From Isurus oxyrinchus (lineage: Eukaryota), in NCBI GenBank assembly GCA_026770705.1, contig JANJGN010000002.1, positions 48,794,001 to 48,858,000 of the forward strand: a stretch of 64,000 bases of DNA. Direction: 5' to 3'. Under the pieces are notes generated by a model, which did not search any database, had not been told where the DNA came from, and saw nothing but the letters and a program-made list of their open reading frames with translations. Each line of letters opens with the position of its first letter. The first letter of the stretch is position 1. Position numbers and translations under genes: made by a program. Shown piece after piece: positions 51,961 through 64,000 of the stretch.

Positions 51961-52869
51961 TTGAGCTTTCACTTAAATGCTGCAAAATTCAAGAAGGCCC
52001 ATAACCTGGGGAGGAATTTACGCCCTTTTCCATGGCATAGTTGAAGCTGAGGGGATGGCCATTTAATTGGGCGGGAGGGTGCCAGGTGGGGATCCTGCCA
52101 CCTTCCCATCTCTGCCCTGATTAATTCAAGGCAGGAATGTTCACTTAAGGGACTCATCCTGCCGCTGCTGATATTCAACCAGCAGCAGGCAGGGAAATCG
52201 CCAAGCAGGGAGCCCAAAAAGCAAACCCTGTCACGTTTGCTTGCAGGCTCCCTGGTGGGGTTTGTGGGGGGCGGCGGGCTGCTGGCAATCCTCATTGTCA
52301 GGCATTCAGGGCCTGATCAAAGGACCCAGCATTGGGATGAAGGGGGTCGCTAAAAGCCGCTCCCGTGCTCTTGCTGCTGACCTACCTCCAACCTGTCCTG
52401 CAAACCCTATCCAGCGATCCCCGATCCTACACTCACTTACTTGTGGCCTTAGGTCCCTCACTGATCTTGAGCCTCTGAAGGGTGCCTTGCCAACAGCTAC
52501 CACTGTTCAAGGTACCCCTTGGGGGCAGTGTTTCCACCCCATGTTCCTTGACCCAAGGGAAGGCCCGCCGCTGGTCATTTAGTGCCTGATTGGCACTTAT
52601 TACGGCAGGCCTTCCATAAAGGAGGTGATACAGGGCTCTCAACAGCTCTCTAACCAGATGAAACATCTGTCACCTGGATTAAATACCACAAAGCACAGTC
52701 ACTCTGTCCCCATTGCTTCTGATGCCTGCAGCACATAAAACTTTGTGCTGCTTGAAGTGGTCACCTGAGAGATCATGAGAGGTTAGCACAAAGGTGCATT
52801 TTAGTTGAAGCAGGCACTGGAGCTAGTTGCAATAGAGTGTGAGCAAGATGAACGCTGAATTATGGCACA

Positions 52870-54620
52870 ACATGGTAGAGAACATGCTCCAACATTTTCC
52901 ACCGCTACACTGGAAGCCTTGGCCAAGGAGGTACAGAGGACGTGAGATGTCTTCTATGCATTGGGTTGTCCCCAACACCCTGCAGACAAACATACATTTG
53001 GCAGTGGGAGAAAATAGCTGTGGCTGTCAATAGCAGATATGTAGCCCTGAGGAACCTGGTTACAATGCTGCAAGTTCAATGACCTCACAAGAGCAGTCAA
53101 GGTTGGTGCATGCATCTTCAAATAGCATGTTGCATCAGCTGCCCCTCTGGTCCCACAGACTAAGCAATGCACTACACCCCAATCACTCCACTACCAAAAA
53201 TCTCTATGAGCCATGGCTTATACCTACTGCACACTCCAGCTTTTTAACCATGGCAGTCACATCCAACAAACACACTTCCCTCTCTCTTGTAGGACCAGAT
53301 GGCACATAATTGGAGGGAGCTGGAGTTAATCAACAGGGGACAGGCACATCTGCATGTCCTTACCTCCATGGTGGAGATCTGCTGGCCATCATTGGAGCAG
53401 CCATGACTTGAGGTTGTGGCCAGTAGTAGGGTTGAAAGCAATGAAGATGGCAATATGTTCATACCTAGTCCACTTTCTCACACCCCACTTTCCCCTCATC
53501 CTACCATCTCTTCTGATTTACAAGCTACAGATGATGTAAGCATGCACTTCTTGCTTTTCCCCCTCCCCTCACCTAGCTTTGTGCCTTTCTCCTTTCATAT
53601 GTCCAAGATCTAAAACCTGGTCTGACAGAGAAAGAGATGGAAGAGCAGAAAGCCATGGATGATGAAGGAATACCATCACTCAATCTCATACTCGTAGCCA
53701 CCAACTCAGGCACTGACACTGTGCATAGTTTAGAAGGTAGTTTGGAGTCAGGATCTGGTAAGACACATGTGACCTGCAGCCAGGACAGCGCACAAGGTTA
53801 GCGCAGGTGCCAGCTCAGTGGAAAACAAAATCACACATGAGTTCTGCTACAGAAGACTCAGATGAAGACTTTGATGGGACGGCCTACAGAAAGAGACTAA
53901 TGGATGTGCACACACAAATGCTTGGTGCATTAGCAGGCCTGTCGGTAAGCATATGATCACTGTCAAGGAGTGCCAACTTGGCACAGGATCCTGCTGTGCT
54001 AGGAGGCCATCCTTTCCAGCATGGAAGTGGTAGCCCACTTCATTTGCACACTTTGGGACCCAACTATGAAGTAGCATCTGATGGTCTGAACTTCCACTAG
54101 AGCGCAAACAGAAGCTCCCGCTGCATCCTCAGGTTGCTGCAGAGGAAACTCAAACTGAAGTTTTGTAAGCTCAGCTTGCTGCCATGTGAACTCAAATGCT
54201 GCCGTACTAGCTGTGGATACCTGTTTCATAGACGCTTATAGGATGTCACTGCAGCTCAGCAATCCGTCCTCCCTCAGATTGTTGAGGCATCACCCCATGG
54301 GAGTAGCAGTGTTTCTGTTGTGCACTAATCTGCTTTCCACTCTCAGCATGACTGCATTCATCCTCCCACCTCTGCCACTCTGTTAGTGTCCTTGCTATTG
54401 CCTGTCAGCCAACCAGCCCAGACTGCTGCCACCCATGCTGAGCTGGTGCAGTCCACAGCCTTACCTTCTAGGCTCAGAGCTGGCTAAAGTCACCCAGTTG
54501 ACCATTTGCAGTCTCCCTGACTGAAAATCAGCACCCTTCCACCAGCCATGTTGTAGCCACTGTGGTAGCACAGCACAGGAGCACTAGGACAGGTAAAAGC
54601 TCAAGGATAACAAGCATTCA
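52870..54620 (+). pseudogene. Harbinger Myb/SANT (trihelix) DNA-binding gene relic, intron-containing
   Basis: APTFSTATLEALAKEVQR, TWLQCCKFNDLTRAVK|gt intron 53102-53292 ag|DQMAHN; matches the PRFS..LE.L..EV / QCRKKFNDL..K-EK.AHN pattern. Confidence 0.75.
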
Positions 54621-54879
54621 GGGATTGCACAAGGATGATTAGTTGACGTTTGGATGGAATATTGAATGGTTTGATTGATAAAGGGTGGATTGGAATGTTT
54701 GTTTTGTAGTGTCTTTTATTTCAGCATTGCAGCTAAGAGGACACTGTGATTGTCAGTAACAGAGGGGAGATAAGGGGTTGGTCTGTTGTAGAATGGGGAA
54801 TTGTGGTTGCATTCATTGATACCACAGCTGGATGAGCCGATTATGAACAGGAGAACCAGAAATGGGCTGTTTTGGTTGC

Positions 54880-55700
54880 CTTCTCCATTCGTCTCCCTGA
54901 TCCTCCTCCTGCTCCTCAATTGGTTGCCATAATGCTGTGCCCTCATGATGGTGAGGTTGTGCAGCATGCAGCAGACCATGATGAATTGTAATAGTGGTCT
55001 GGCGCATACTGCAGGACTACTTCAGGGCAGTCCACTGAGCCAAAGTGTTGCCTAATGATCCGCTTGATAACATTTTGTGTGGCAGCATGGATCTCGTTAT
55101 ACGCATGCTGCCGACGTGTGAGTGGGTTGCACACTGGAGTCAGTGGATTGTGCTTGTCACCCAGTAGCCACCCTCTGGTTTGTTGTGGTGGCTGAAATGT
55201 GGAAGCAACAGTGAACTGCCATAGATTGAAGGCATCATGACCATGATACAGGCATTGACCTACATGATGCACTGAGCATAGTCACACATCAGCTGGACTT
55301 TGAAGAATTTCAGTTCCTTCCAGGTATCTCAATTGTTGAAATGCGGCACTTGCTAAGTGGTGTGTATACAATCAATGGCACACTGCAGCAAGGTAAATCC
55401 TGCAATTCTGGTGAAGCTACATGCTCACTCTGCTACTTCTCACAGTGACCTCTCTGGCACAACAGTGGACTGGGTGATGTTGCAAATATCCTTTGCTGCA
55501 GCCTGGAAGCAGCCTAATGCATAAAAGTTCATTGCCATGGTCACCTTCACAGTCACTGATAATGCTGTCCTCACTCTGCACTAAGGTTGCAGCTGAGGCT
55601 ATAACAGTAAACACATTTCAGTGTGAATCTGTTGGTGAAGATCAGACATATGACACACTGTTCCTTGCTGAGGTGGAGAGAGAAGAATTGCTCCCAGAAC
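54880..55700 (-). pseudogene. Harbinger (HARBI1-like) DDE transposase relic
   Basis: KVTMAMNFYALGCFQAAAKDICNITQ, IAGFTLLQCAIDCIH, WLLGDK..LTPVCNP..YNEIHAATQNVI, LQYAP, VCCMLHNL. Confidence 0.9.
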
Positions 55701-55809
55701 ACTCTAGGTGGATATGGCCTCCTGCTCAGAGCCCTTCCCCCCCAACTCCTCGCTTCTTGTCACCTCAGTTTATTCTCCATGTTATGTTGCAGACCTACTA
55801 CTACTACAC

Positions 55810-56143
55810 ACCCGTTCCTATCTCTATAATCTCCGCCAGCCCCAGAACGCTGTAAGATATCTGCAGTTCTTTGATTCTGGTCTCTTGAACATCCCCAATT
55901 TTAATTGCTCCATCATTTGTGGTCATGCCTTCAGCTGCCTGGGCCTTAATATCTGGAATTCCCTCCCTAAACTGCTCAGCCTGATTTTCCTCCTTTAAAC
56001 CTATTTCTTTGGCCAAGCTTTTGTTCATCTCTCCTAATACTTACTTATATGTCTCAGTGTCATTTTTTGATTTATGATGCTCCTGTGAAGTGCCTTGCGG
56101 TGTTTTGCTATGTTAAAGGTGCTATATAAATGCAAGTTGTTGT
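55810..56143 (+). mobile_element. L2 LINE 3' fragment
   Basis: cctatctctataatctcc...catgccttcagctgcctgggcc...gctcctgtgaagtgcctt...gctatataaatgcaagttgttg. Confidence 0.9.
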
Positions 56144-57027
56144 CATTATTATTGAACAACTGGAAGCCACAAATCATATAGCTAAATACACCCTGCACTG
56201 ACCGCAGTGACAAAGGAGCTCCCTGTTTGCATTCTTCATAGGAAATTAGTTTTTCCCATCAGTGGAATGCATGCAGGTGTGTCTATTTTCTCCTAACATT
56301 TTAAACAATGAAACACAAACTGGTAATGTTGGTGGAAGGTCCAGTAGACTATCTGCGTATATTGAAAATATGGCTTTGTTGGCGGCTGGAGCTATACATG
56401 GGCTGGTGTGAAATGCAAATAATGTGTGGTGACCTGAGGGTTTCACATCCTTTGCTTCAATGTGTTTCAGTCAGGTGCTAATCTGTGTCATGAACTATGT
56501 TGCCACTCTTCTGCCAATGTGCACCTAAAGCTGCTTTGTGTTAATATAAGAATGGCAGTGTCGCTGCAGCTTTAATCTTTGACATTCTATTAACTCTTCT
56601 TAATAGGTTCTGAAATTAATAGTGGTTTACTAATTATGAAGCAGTTGTAGAAACTACCTGAAAAAAGTAACAGGTTTATGTGTAATATTTGAATACATAT
56701 ATCAAAACAGACATATACACACATACACACAAACACACATAAATTGTGTAGGCTAATAAAGGTTATTCACATGCTTTTATTTTCAAGATAGGATCCTGTA
56801 ATGGGGACAGTAAGGAACAAGTTAATTTAAGCCTTAGATCCAATAATTGGTTGCACGTGTAAACATTAACCAACTGGCTGTCAATTTTAGCAACTTTTGA
56901 TTCTGTATGGGACAAGTAAATGTAATCAAACAGCTGACTGTAAATGTTAATTCCTGTCGAGAAATTTAATTGACAGTTAATTTTGAAGATCATCACTAGA
57001 ATTACTAGTATGAGATACTGGCTCATA

Positions 57028-57726
57028 GGGCAGAATCTTCTGTTCGACGAGCGGAGGGGTGGGGCCCGCTCATCGTCGCGTAAAATGATGCGGGGTGACG
57101 TTGGGCAGTTCAGCTGTGCACCCGCCAAACTGTCAAAGGCCTATTATGGCCACTAAAAAAGTAATTAACATGATTAATGGACCTGCTCGTCCAACTTTAA
57201 GGTTGGCGGGCAGGCCGGGAACCCAGGTGGGCTTCTGAGAAAACATGAAACTTTGTCCACGGGTTTCATGAGGGTATTAAAATTTTTATAAAATGTTTAA
57301 ATAAAAGAAATTGACATATCCCAGCTCATGTGCCAATGGCACAAGTGGACCTTTCAGTAATTTTTTTCCCCTTCTTTATTGAAATTTTCAAATCTGAGCC
57401 GCTCTCCCTGAGGCAGCACTTTCCCTCAAGGAGATCTGTGTGCCCTTTAGCACGCATGCACGATAGAGTGCACTCCCGGCTCAGGGGATCCCCACCACCC
57501 CCCACCCCACCCCCCCCCACCCCCCCCCCCCCCCCCCCCCCCCCCCACCCCCCAACCCACACAGGGTTCCTGGCAGATGTCACACTGGGCAGGCCTTAAT
57601 TGGCCCGCCTGTGTAAAATGGCAGCGCGCCCCCAACTGGGGACGCCGATCGGGAACCCACCCACTCGTGCCCGCTCCCACACAAACCCCCCCCCTGCCAC
57701 CCCAAATGGGGGGAAAGATCCTGCCC
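57028..57726 (-). mobile_element. Non-autonomous PIF/Harbinger-type element with internal poly-C
   Basis: TIR gggcagaatctt / aagatcctgccc (11/12); inverse homologue of 7520-8172. Confidence 0.75.
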
Positions 57727-58289
57727 ACATAATTTCCCAAAGATGCGCAAGGGAACCTCCCCCCCCCCACACCCTGAAGTCCCCACATAGGATTGCATGG
57801 AAATTGCCAGGGAAGTTCAAACTTTATTGGGCAATCACCCTGCACTGGGAACCATCTCATACTCCGACTTAAATTGGATGGTTCCCACTGTCTTACAAAA
57901 TTAGTTACCCAGGAAAAGTTGGAAGAATTAAAACCACTTCTAACTCCTGGGTAACAATCGTACTGAAACTCACCCAGATGCCCCACTGGACCTCCTGACT
58001 ACACTCCCCGCTCCCCCGAATACCCACCATGGGACACCCCCGAATACCCTCCTGACTATCCTCCCTACTCCACCTTGACTACCCTCTTGACCTCCAACTA
58101 CACCCCCACCACCTGACATCCCCCCCTTAGCACACGATACCCCCCCAGTGATCACCTGACTTCCACCACCACTAAGCCCCCACCCATCCTACCTAACCGA
58201 CCCCCTCCTGCCACACTCCGCCCCCTCACCCCATTACTATCCATTTACCTTACACACTTACCTTATCCCTGCCTTGTCAAGTGGCTGAG

Positions 58290-58425
58290 TAAAATAATGC
58301 GGATGCTGGAAATCTGAAATAAAAACAAAAATAGCTGGAAAAACTCAGCAGGCCTAACAGCATCTGTGGAGAGGAAGACAGAGTTAACATTTTGAGTCCG
58401 TACAACTTTGACTCTTCATTAGAAC
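58290..58425 (+). mobile_element. Single-arm Penelope-derived terminal repeat with hammerhead-like motif
   Basis: tgcggatgctggaaatc...aactcagcagg as in the 15.3 and 34.4 kb elements; minus strand gtt-CTAATGA-agagtc..gactc-AAAA-tgt-ta-actc. Confidence 0.7.
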
Positions 58426-59210
58426 CTTTAAACTTACCTGCTTCACAGAAGCTAGTGCCGTTATAAAGGTGGTGTGGCTTCCTTTCCCTCGACCCTGCTG
58501 CACTCAACTTGGAGAATTTCTGGACAGTTACACTGCATTTTTCTTACCCAGCCTGAGTCGGAAGGTTGGGCAAGAAAGGGGCAGCTGCATTTCAGTGTAA
58601 GTAAATAGGAGCAGGGCGGCAATTCGACTGTGTTTGTCGCTCCATGGAATTTCTGGCTCACGTCATTGGAGGCAAAATTATTTGCTGATTTATTTTAAAT
58701 CTAGGAATTAAAAGTAAGCAAAATTAAGGACCATTCCTACCTGTCGTCAAAGGCTCAGTGAAGACGTGCACCATCCAGGAGAAAAAGTTGTGTTGTGCTC
58801 GTGATGCTGGATTACCTAGTGCTGATGTTGCAAGGCCAATTGAAAGCCAAAAGTAAAACTGTGGGCTTCACTAAAATCAGTGACTTTGAAGAATAGAGCA
58901 ATCTTGCGGAGTACTCGTTCTTGATCTGCTGACTGCAAGATTCACATTTTTGGATGGTGGGTGAGGACAAGATTGGACTCAGCTGTGATGCCAACCATGG
59001 AGGAATGGGTTGATGGCACTTGTTATCGTGTTTTGCATGCAGAGAAAAGGCACTTGTTTGAGATACTGGAGAGCAGCTTGTGGCTGGGTATAAATCAGCA
59101 CCTTCAGGACAGAATGAGCTAAACTGAGAGAAAGACCCAGTTAAGAATGGCCAGTGATGAGATGAAAGTACTCAATAACATTCAGCACCTATTCAGCAAC
59201 CGTAAACAAT

Positions 59211-59322
59211 GGCCGGGATTTTCTGGCCCCGTTGTGGGCGAGGCAGCGGCCCAGCCAGATGTCCATTGACTTGCGGTGTGACCGGAAGATCCCGGCAGCG
59301 GGCAGGTGCGGAAAATCCCGCA
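59211..59322. mobile_element. ~110 bp MITE (PIF/Harbinger-type)
   Basis: TIR cgggattttc / gaaaatcccg; GC-rich; similar architecture to 6600-6695. Confidence 0.65.
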
Positions 59323-59404
59323 TTGACAATTCCAATTAAAGGCGCTTGTGTTTCAAATTGTCATTTGATAGTGCAGAACTCGAATATTGTTGAAAAAAGA
59401 CATT

Positions 59405-59440
59405 TTATCGAAGCTTTTCATCTTGCACTCATTAGGATAA
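59405..59440 (-). ncRNA. Minimal type-I hammerhead ribozyme motif (one core mutation)
   Basis: ttatc-CTAATGA-gtgcaagat-GAAA-agct-TC-gataa; stem I ttatc/gataa, palindromic AAGCTT stem III. Confidence 0.7.
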
Positions 59441-60200
59441 TCGCAAGAATACCAATGTCAGGGGAAGCAACAAGTTTATACTGTATAGGAAGAGAATGCT
59501 GATTGGTTGGCAAATGGACCGATTGGTATTGCCATGGAGAATGCACCAGTTAATGGTGACTGACAGTTAACTGCCAAGCGTTGTTTGAAATTTAAACCAG
59601 GCAGCTTGACTCTGATTGGTCAAGGCATTGCCCTGAGGAATGAACCAGTGAATGGCTATCACTTACTTTGTTTAGCTGAAACAGGCGCAATGCGTGTACA
59701 TGTTCTTTCTGTCTGCAAAGAAAGGGGCCCTCTGTATTAATATATGTAGCTTCTAGTACACACAGATGTGCCACACTTTAAGCCCGACTGACAATCTTAA
59801 ATTGGTTGTCAGCATAATTTTTAGCGCACTAAGAATTATTTAACAAATGTTGTCCATTTGCGGAGTCACATCTAATGTTAGACACTGTGTGTTGAGTTTT
59901 GCAAGCACAGGCTGGTTGGGTACAGTCTGTACCTTGCCTGTTGCACACAGTGGAAGGGACATGCTGTTTGAAATGATCTACCAGTCTTTGGGATGTTTGG
60001 CCTACAGACTATCATCACACTGGCACTGAAATTCATCTACCATATTACTCATTTGTGTGATAGGCAGAACGTCTTTTTGGCTTGACAGCAGCATCCTGTT
60101 AGTGGCAAATACCACTTGTGTTGCAACTTGCCAACCAATCGGCACTCTCTTCTCATATAGTATAAAGTTGTTGCTTCCCCTGACATTGGTATTCTTGCAA

Positions 60201-60236
60201 TTGTCCTGATGAGTGCCAGACAAAAAGCTTTGACAA
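60201..60236 (+). ncRNA. Minimal type-I hammerhead ribozyme motif (CpG-decayed)
   Basis: ttgtc-CTGATGA-gtgccagac-AAAA-agct-TT-gacaa. Confidence 0.7.
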
Positions 60237-62669
60237 AATGTCTTTTTTCAGCTATATTCAACTGCTTGTTTCAGTGCTGGATCCCAAATTTTCTGGAAGA
60301 ACCTGTAACCTCTACCCTCATATTTTCAAGAGAGATTTCTGTTTTTGATATAAAGGTAAGTTCTTTCTTTTGATCTGAGCATTTAACAATGCTGCATTAT
60401 ATGTAACTATAATACTTCCTGTAATCAGAAGAAAATTAGTTAAAGAACTGTAATGGAGTCTTTGTACGAATGTTAAATTTCATGAAAAAATTCAACATTA
60501 TTAGAAATCAGTAATATTAGGGATATGTATTTACCACAATACTTTTAAATATGATTATTACCTAAAAATGATTTCACAAACTGCTTTCCTTGGCTGTTAT
60601 GTGGGCTCCTGTCCATGTTTCCTTGCATGAAATAGACCTTAAGTGATCTGAAACTACAAAATTAGAAAATCATGTAAGAAACTTGAATGGCATTTTCTTG
60701 TAGAACACTTATTCAGTGGGTGGGTCCGTGGGTAGCTGCTTGAATGCTTTGCATTGTTCAGTTGCAAGTAATGAATTGTCAACCTTTCTGTGGGATTAAC
60801 AGAGAAATTTAGAATTTGAGTGTTGTTTTTAATTGAGAAAGCATCAAATGCAATAATTTTTATTGTTGTGGGGAATTAGGGTTACTTTGGATCTGCTTGA
60901 TCTATTTCCAGAGCGCTCTCACTCTGAATATGGCAGTCAATGTGATGCCAAACTGTTTCATTCTGTGATCTTGTACGTTGGCCCATTCAGTGCATATTGT
61001 TATGTGATGCAAACAAGCTCTGTGGTGTACAGATAAATGCTTGTTTAGTATTGCAAGCTGAGTTGCAAAAAATAGGGTTTTAATCAGAACTACAGTATGA
61101 TTTTTCTAATTTGCTGTTAAACCTGCAACTTAGTTTTCAGCACAGAGGCCTTCAATTCCGGTGCATTGGAGCTGCTTGAGCCTATTTATACAGCATCCTT
61201 TCTATATTTACTGCAACGTACAGTAAAAATAAATTGAAGCATTACTCTTAACCCATGATGATTGTGTTTATTTCTTCAAAGTTGTATTGTTGTCCATGTT
61301 TTTCTACATTAGCTTGTGTGATTATGACAAAATCATGTCAGCAGCTTAATCCCAGGAAGGGAAACAATTGGAACTGTTCTGTTAGCTGAAGTGATCTCCT
61401 TAACTCATCTTTATGCATATTCTACACAGGCTAACTTCCTTTTACTAGCGCAAAGCTCCCTTTCTTTCCCTGGAAATGCAAGTCTTTCTCTGGGAATATT
61501 GATCTAGAAAAATCTGATTCGTTATGCAAATAATTTAACATTTAGTCAAGTAATTTCTGCTTTGAAATAGCTAATTATTTAGAGTATTTATATTTTAAAA
61601 TAAACTTTAGAAAAAGTATTCTGTTACATTCGATTAGCAATGAGTTAGCTGATAAATTCAGAAATAATTGAATGACCTACTTTTCTTTAAGTCAAAATTT
61701 GGGATGGCATAATATAATTCTCTTTTTGATGTGTGACCCATCATATTAAACATTAATGACCAGTGAATGAATACTTGACTCCTACTATGTTGAGAGTGCA
61801 TTATGCACTTTGTAAACCTGCTTCACCTTTCTTTGGCCAATCCCAAATCTCTGCTGACATTACAAATATTGGCCGCAGTTTGGGAGGCTATTGCATATTG
61901 ACCCAAAGATTACAAGAAGTGCCAAGATAGTTATAACATCTAGTGCCAAAGAGTGAGAGCATTACTACACACTTGAGGTCACTTCCATAAACCAAGGGGA
62001 ATAATTTACCAACTGCAGCCAACAATTTGCAGCCAATGTAATCTTATTGTACCCAAGAGATACATTTATTTTCTAAATGAGAAACGTTTTCAATTGCTGT
62101 AGGCAGACCCTAGGCAGCAGTCTGCAAATAAGCGGGCAATAGTTGCTGTTTTGCAGTTGAATGTCATGGGGTAGATAATAGCCTGGACCTGTTCTCATGC
62201 CCAGACTTGATGCTCTGGTTCCAACACAACCCAAACAGACAGATCTTAGGATGGATAGAATTTGGTCCTCCACCTCTTCTGTACACTGAGAACAAGCTGT
62301 TGGTTGCACTACTACAGACAACTTGTCCCATTGTGAGAAGCCAATTTTGGGCCAACTGCTGTGCCAGCAATAGCCCTCGGTTAAATCCCTGTAAGGGATG
62401 AACTATGGTTGGGTGGGCGGGTGGGTGGGGGTTGGGTGGGGAGGTGGGGGGACAGGGGTTAGATGGGGAAGTTGCTTCTCCTGCCTTCATAGAAAGGTGA
62501 AAAACAAATTTCAAACACTTACCTTTAGTTTGTGGTCATGGGGCCTACTAACGAATCCTGATAAGATTCAAAACATTGGAGTCATGAGATGACCAATTTG
62601 TCAAAGGGTTGCTTTAATATATGCCAGGCCTTTAACTAACACACTAAAGGGCCAGGTGCCTATATTAGG

Positions 62670-63784
62670 TAGGATCAAATAAAGTCAGCTACTCTTGATC
62701 GCTTCAATTCTACATTCAAGAAACCCATCTTGTCCCTGAATGTTACCAAAGCAAAAATTATATATCAACCCACACTTGGTCAGCCAAATATTCCACCTGT
62801 CATATATGTTGAGACACTCTGGAATATGTTGAGCACTTCTCATAGTTCGGCAGGCATCTCTCTCAAAAGGCTTCCATTGATGAGGAGATCCAATACTGGA
62901 TCCGCTGCACCAGCTCAGCCTCCTACAAACTAAAGCAGGAAGTGTTTGACTACAAAGACCTCCACAGGTCAACAAAAGTCATAGGCCTGAATTTTTTGTT
63001 CATCAGACGCGCGCGATTGGTGAGCCCGGAAGCAGACAGGAAATGGGTCTCTGGTCGCGACTGGCTCCTGACTGCGATTTCACGATGGCTGGCCAATTAA
63101 CAACCAGCCAGTGTGAAATGTGCGCTGAAACACTCAGCGCTGCCAGGGTGGGGGTGGGAAGAGGGCGGGCGCCGACCTAACTGAGGGTGTGAGTGAGCAC
63201 ATTCCTGCTGCTGCAATATGACCTTGACTGTGTATGAGTGACATATAAGAGCGCTAGAGAAATTCCACCAGCAATGCCTCCACTGCATCCTCTGGATTCA
63301 ATGGGGGGATGTTGAACCAATGCCAGTGTCCTTCTTAAAGCCAGTTCCACAAGTATTCAGGCAAAACTCATGCAAAATCAAGTTCGTTGGACTGGATACT
63401 GTGCCCGGATAACCGAAAAGCATCCTCCCTGCCAGGTCCTGTTTTCTCAACTCTCAAATAGCCAATGTTCCAGGGCAGAAAATGCCAAAAAGACACTCTA
63501 ACTCTCCTTGAATTGCTAGCTATCGTTCAGAACAGCAACGAGTTCTCCAAGCCACTTTTGAGTCACAACATCTTAGTGATAAGGCAGAGCAACGGCAGTG
63601 AAGAAAAGGAAAAGAAGCACATCCTGCACTCCAGATCTCACTACATCATGGGACACCCTGCCCTGTCTACCCCAAAGATCCATGGGTCGAGAACTGGCCT
63701 GTTCAGCCATATGAAGACCCGTGGCAGAAACTCGCGACCCTGAGTAGATATCATCCTTGAATTGAGGGACAGTCGACAATGACG
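62670..63784 (+). mobile_element. RTE-clade LINE, 5'-truncated, with nested Harbinger-type fragment
   Basis: LSLNVTKAKIIYQP, GRHLSQKASIDEEIQ, ALEKFHQQCLHCIL motifs; perfect 12 bp TSD gcctatattagg (62658-62669, 63785-63796). Confidence 0.9.
62984..63197 (+). mobile_element. Harbinger-type non-autonomous element end nested in RTE
   Basis: Abrupt CpG-rich insert ggcctgaattttt...gcgattttcacg..ggccaattaa interrupting RTE coding relic. Confidence 0.6.
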
Positions 63785-64000
63785 GCCTATATTAGGCATG
63801 AACTCAAGTCTCCAAAAATATGGGCTCTACTCCATTTACAGTGGACCCAGCACCACCATAGATTGGGTACAGGCCATCCCACTGCTAAGTTAGAATATTT
63901 TGTGCTTGTTTTACACTGAAATGTTGAGCATAACCCATACCAGTTTTTAGTACCATCAGTCCTCCATTGTTCTTTCCTGTGGCTTTAGTCCAAGGTCATA

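Larger units (their letters stand above)
52008..55720. mobile_element. PIF/Harbinger transposon, decayed, with convergent Myb/SANT and transposase genes
   Basis: See the two pseudogene entries below; GC-rich left end ggggaggaattt; right end lost near an L2 insertion. Confidence 0.85.
59380..60261 (-). mobile_element. Penelope-like retroelement fragment with inverted terminal repeats
   Basis: 59380-59515 is inverted at 60125-60261; interior homologous to 19500-20130 (GIY-YIG region: MSNMVDEFQCQCD). Confidence 0.9.

Noticed and set aside
57326-57986. Gly/Pro-rich overlapping ORFs
   Set aside because: Artefacts of a poly-C tract in a GC-rich DNA element

Overview
This is AT-rich, CpG-depleted vertebrate DNA. 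The repeat repertoire (CR1, L2, RTE, SacSINE1/Deu-type SINEs, Penelope-like elements and many GC-rich PIF/Harbinger derivatives) points to a cartilaginous fish, probably a shark; this is an inference. I could not identify any intact host protein-coding gene. The window looks like a large intron or gene desert with several repeat-free blocks that may be conserved non-coding elements. Main highlights: (1) A TSD-bounded Gypsy LTR element (36850-40283, minus strand) that splits an L2 LINE. It has gag, a zinc knuckle and protease, an unrecognised acidic/coiled-coil ORF relic where RT-RNaseH-integrase should be, and an 8 x 18 bp array built from its tRNA-Leu primer-binding-site sequence outside the 3' LTR. 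(2) Minimal type-I hammerhead ribozyme motifs in the inverted ends of two Penelope-like elements. (3) Two young ~200 bp fold-back Penelope-derived elements with 13-14 bp TSDs. (4) A decayed two-gene PIF/Harbinger transposon. Repeat boundaries were set by eye and are approximate unless a TSD or TIR is given.
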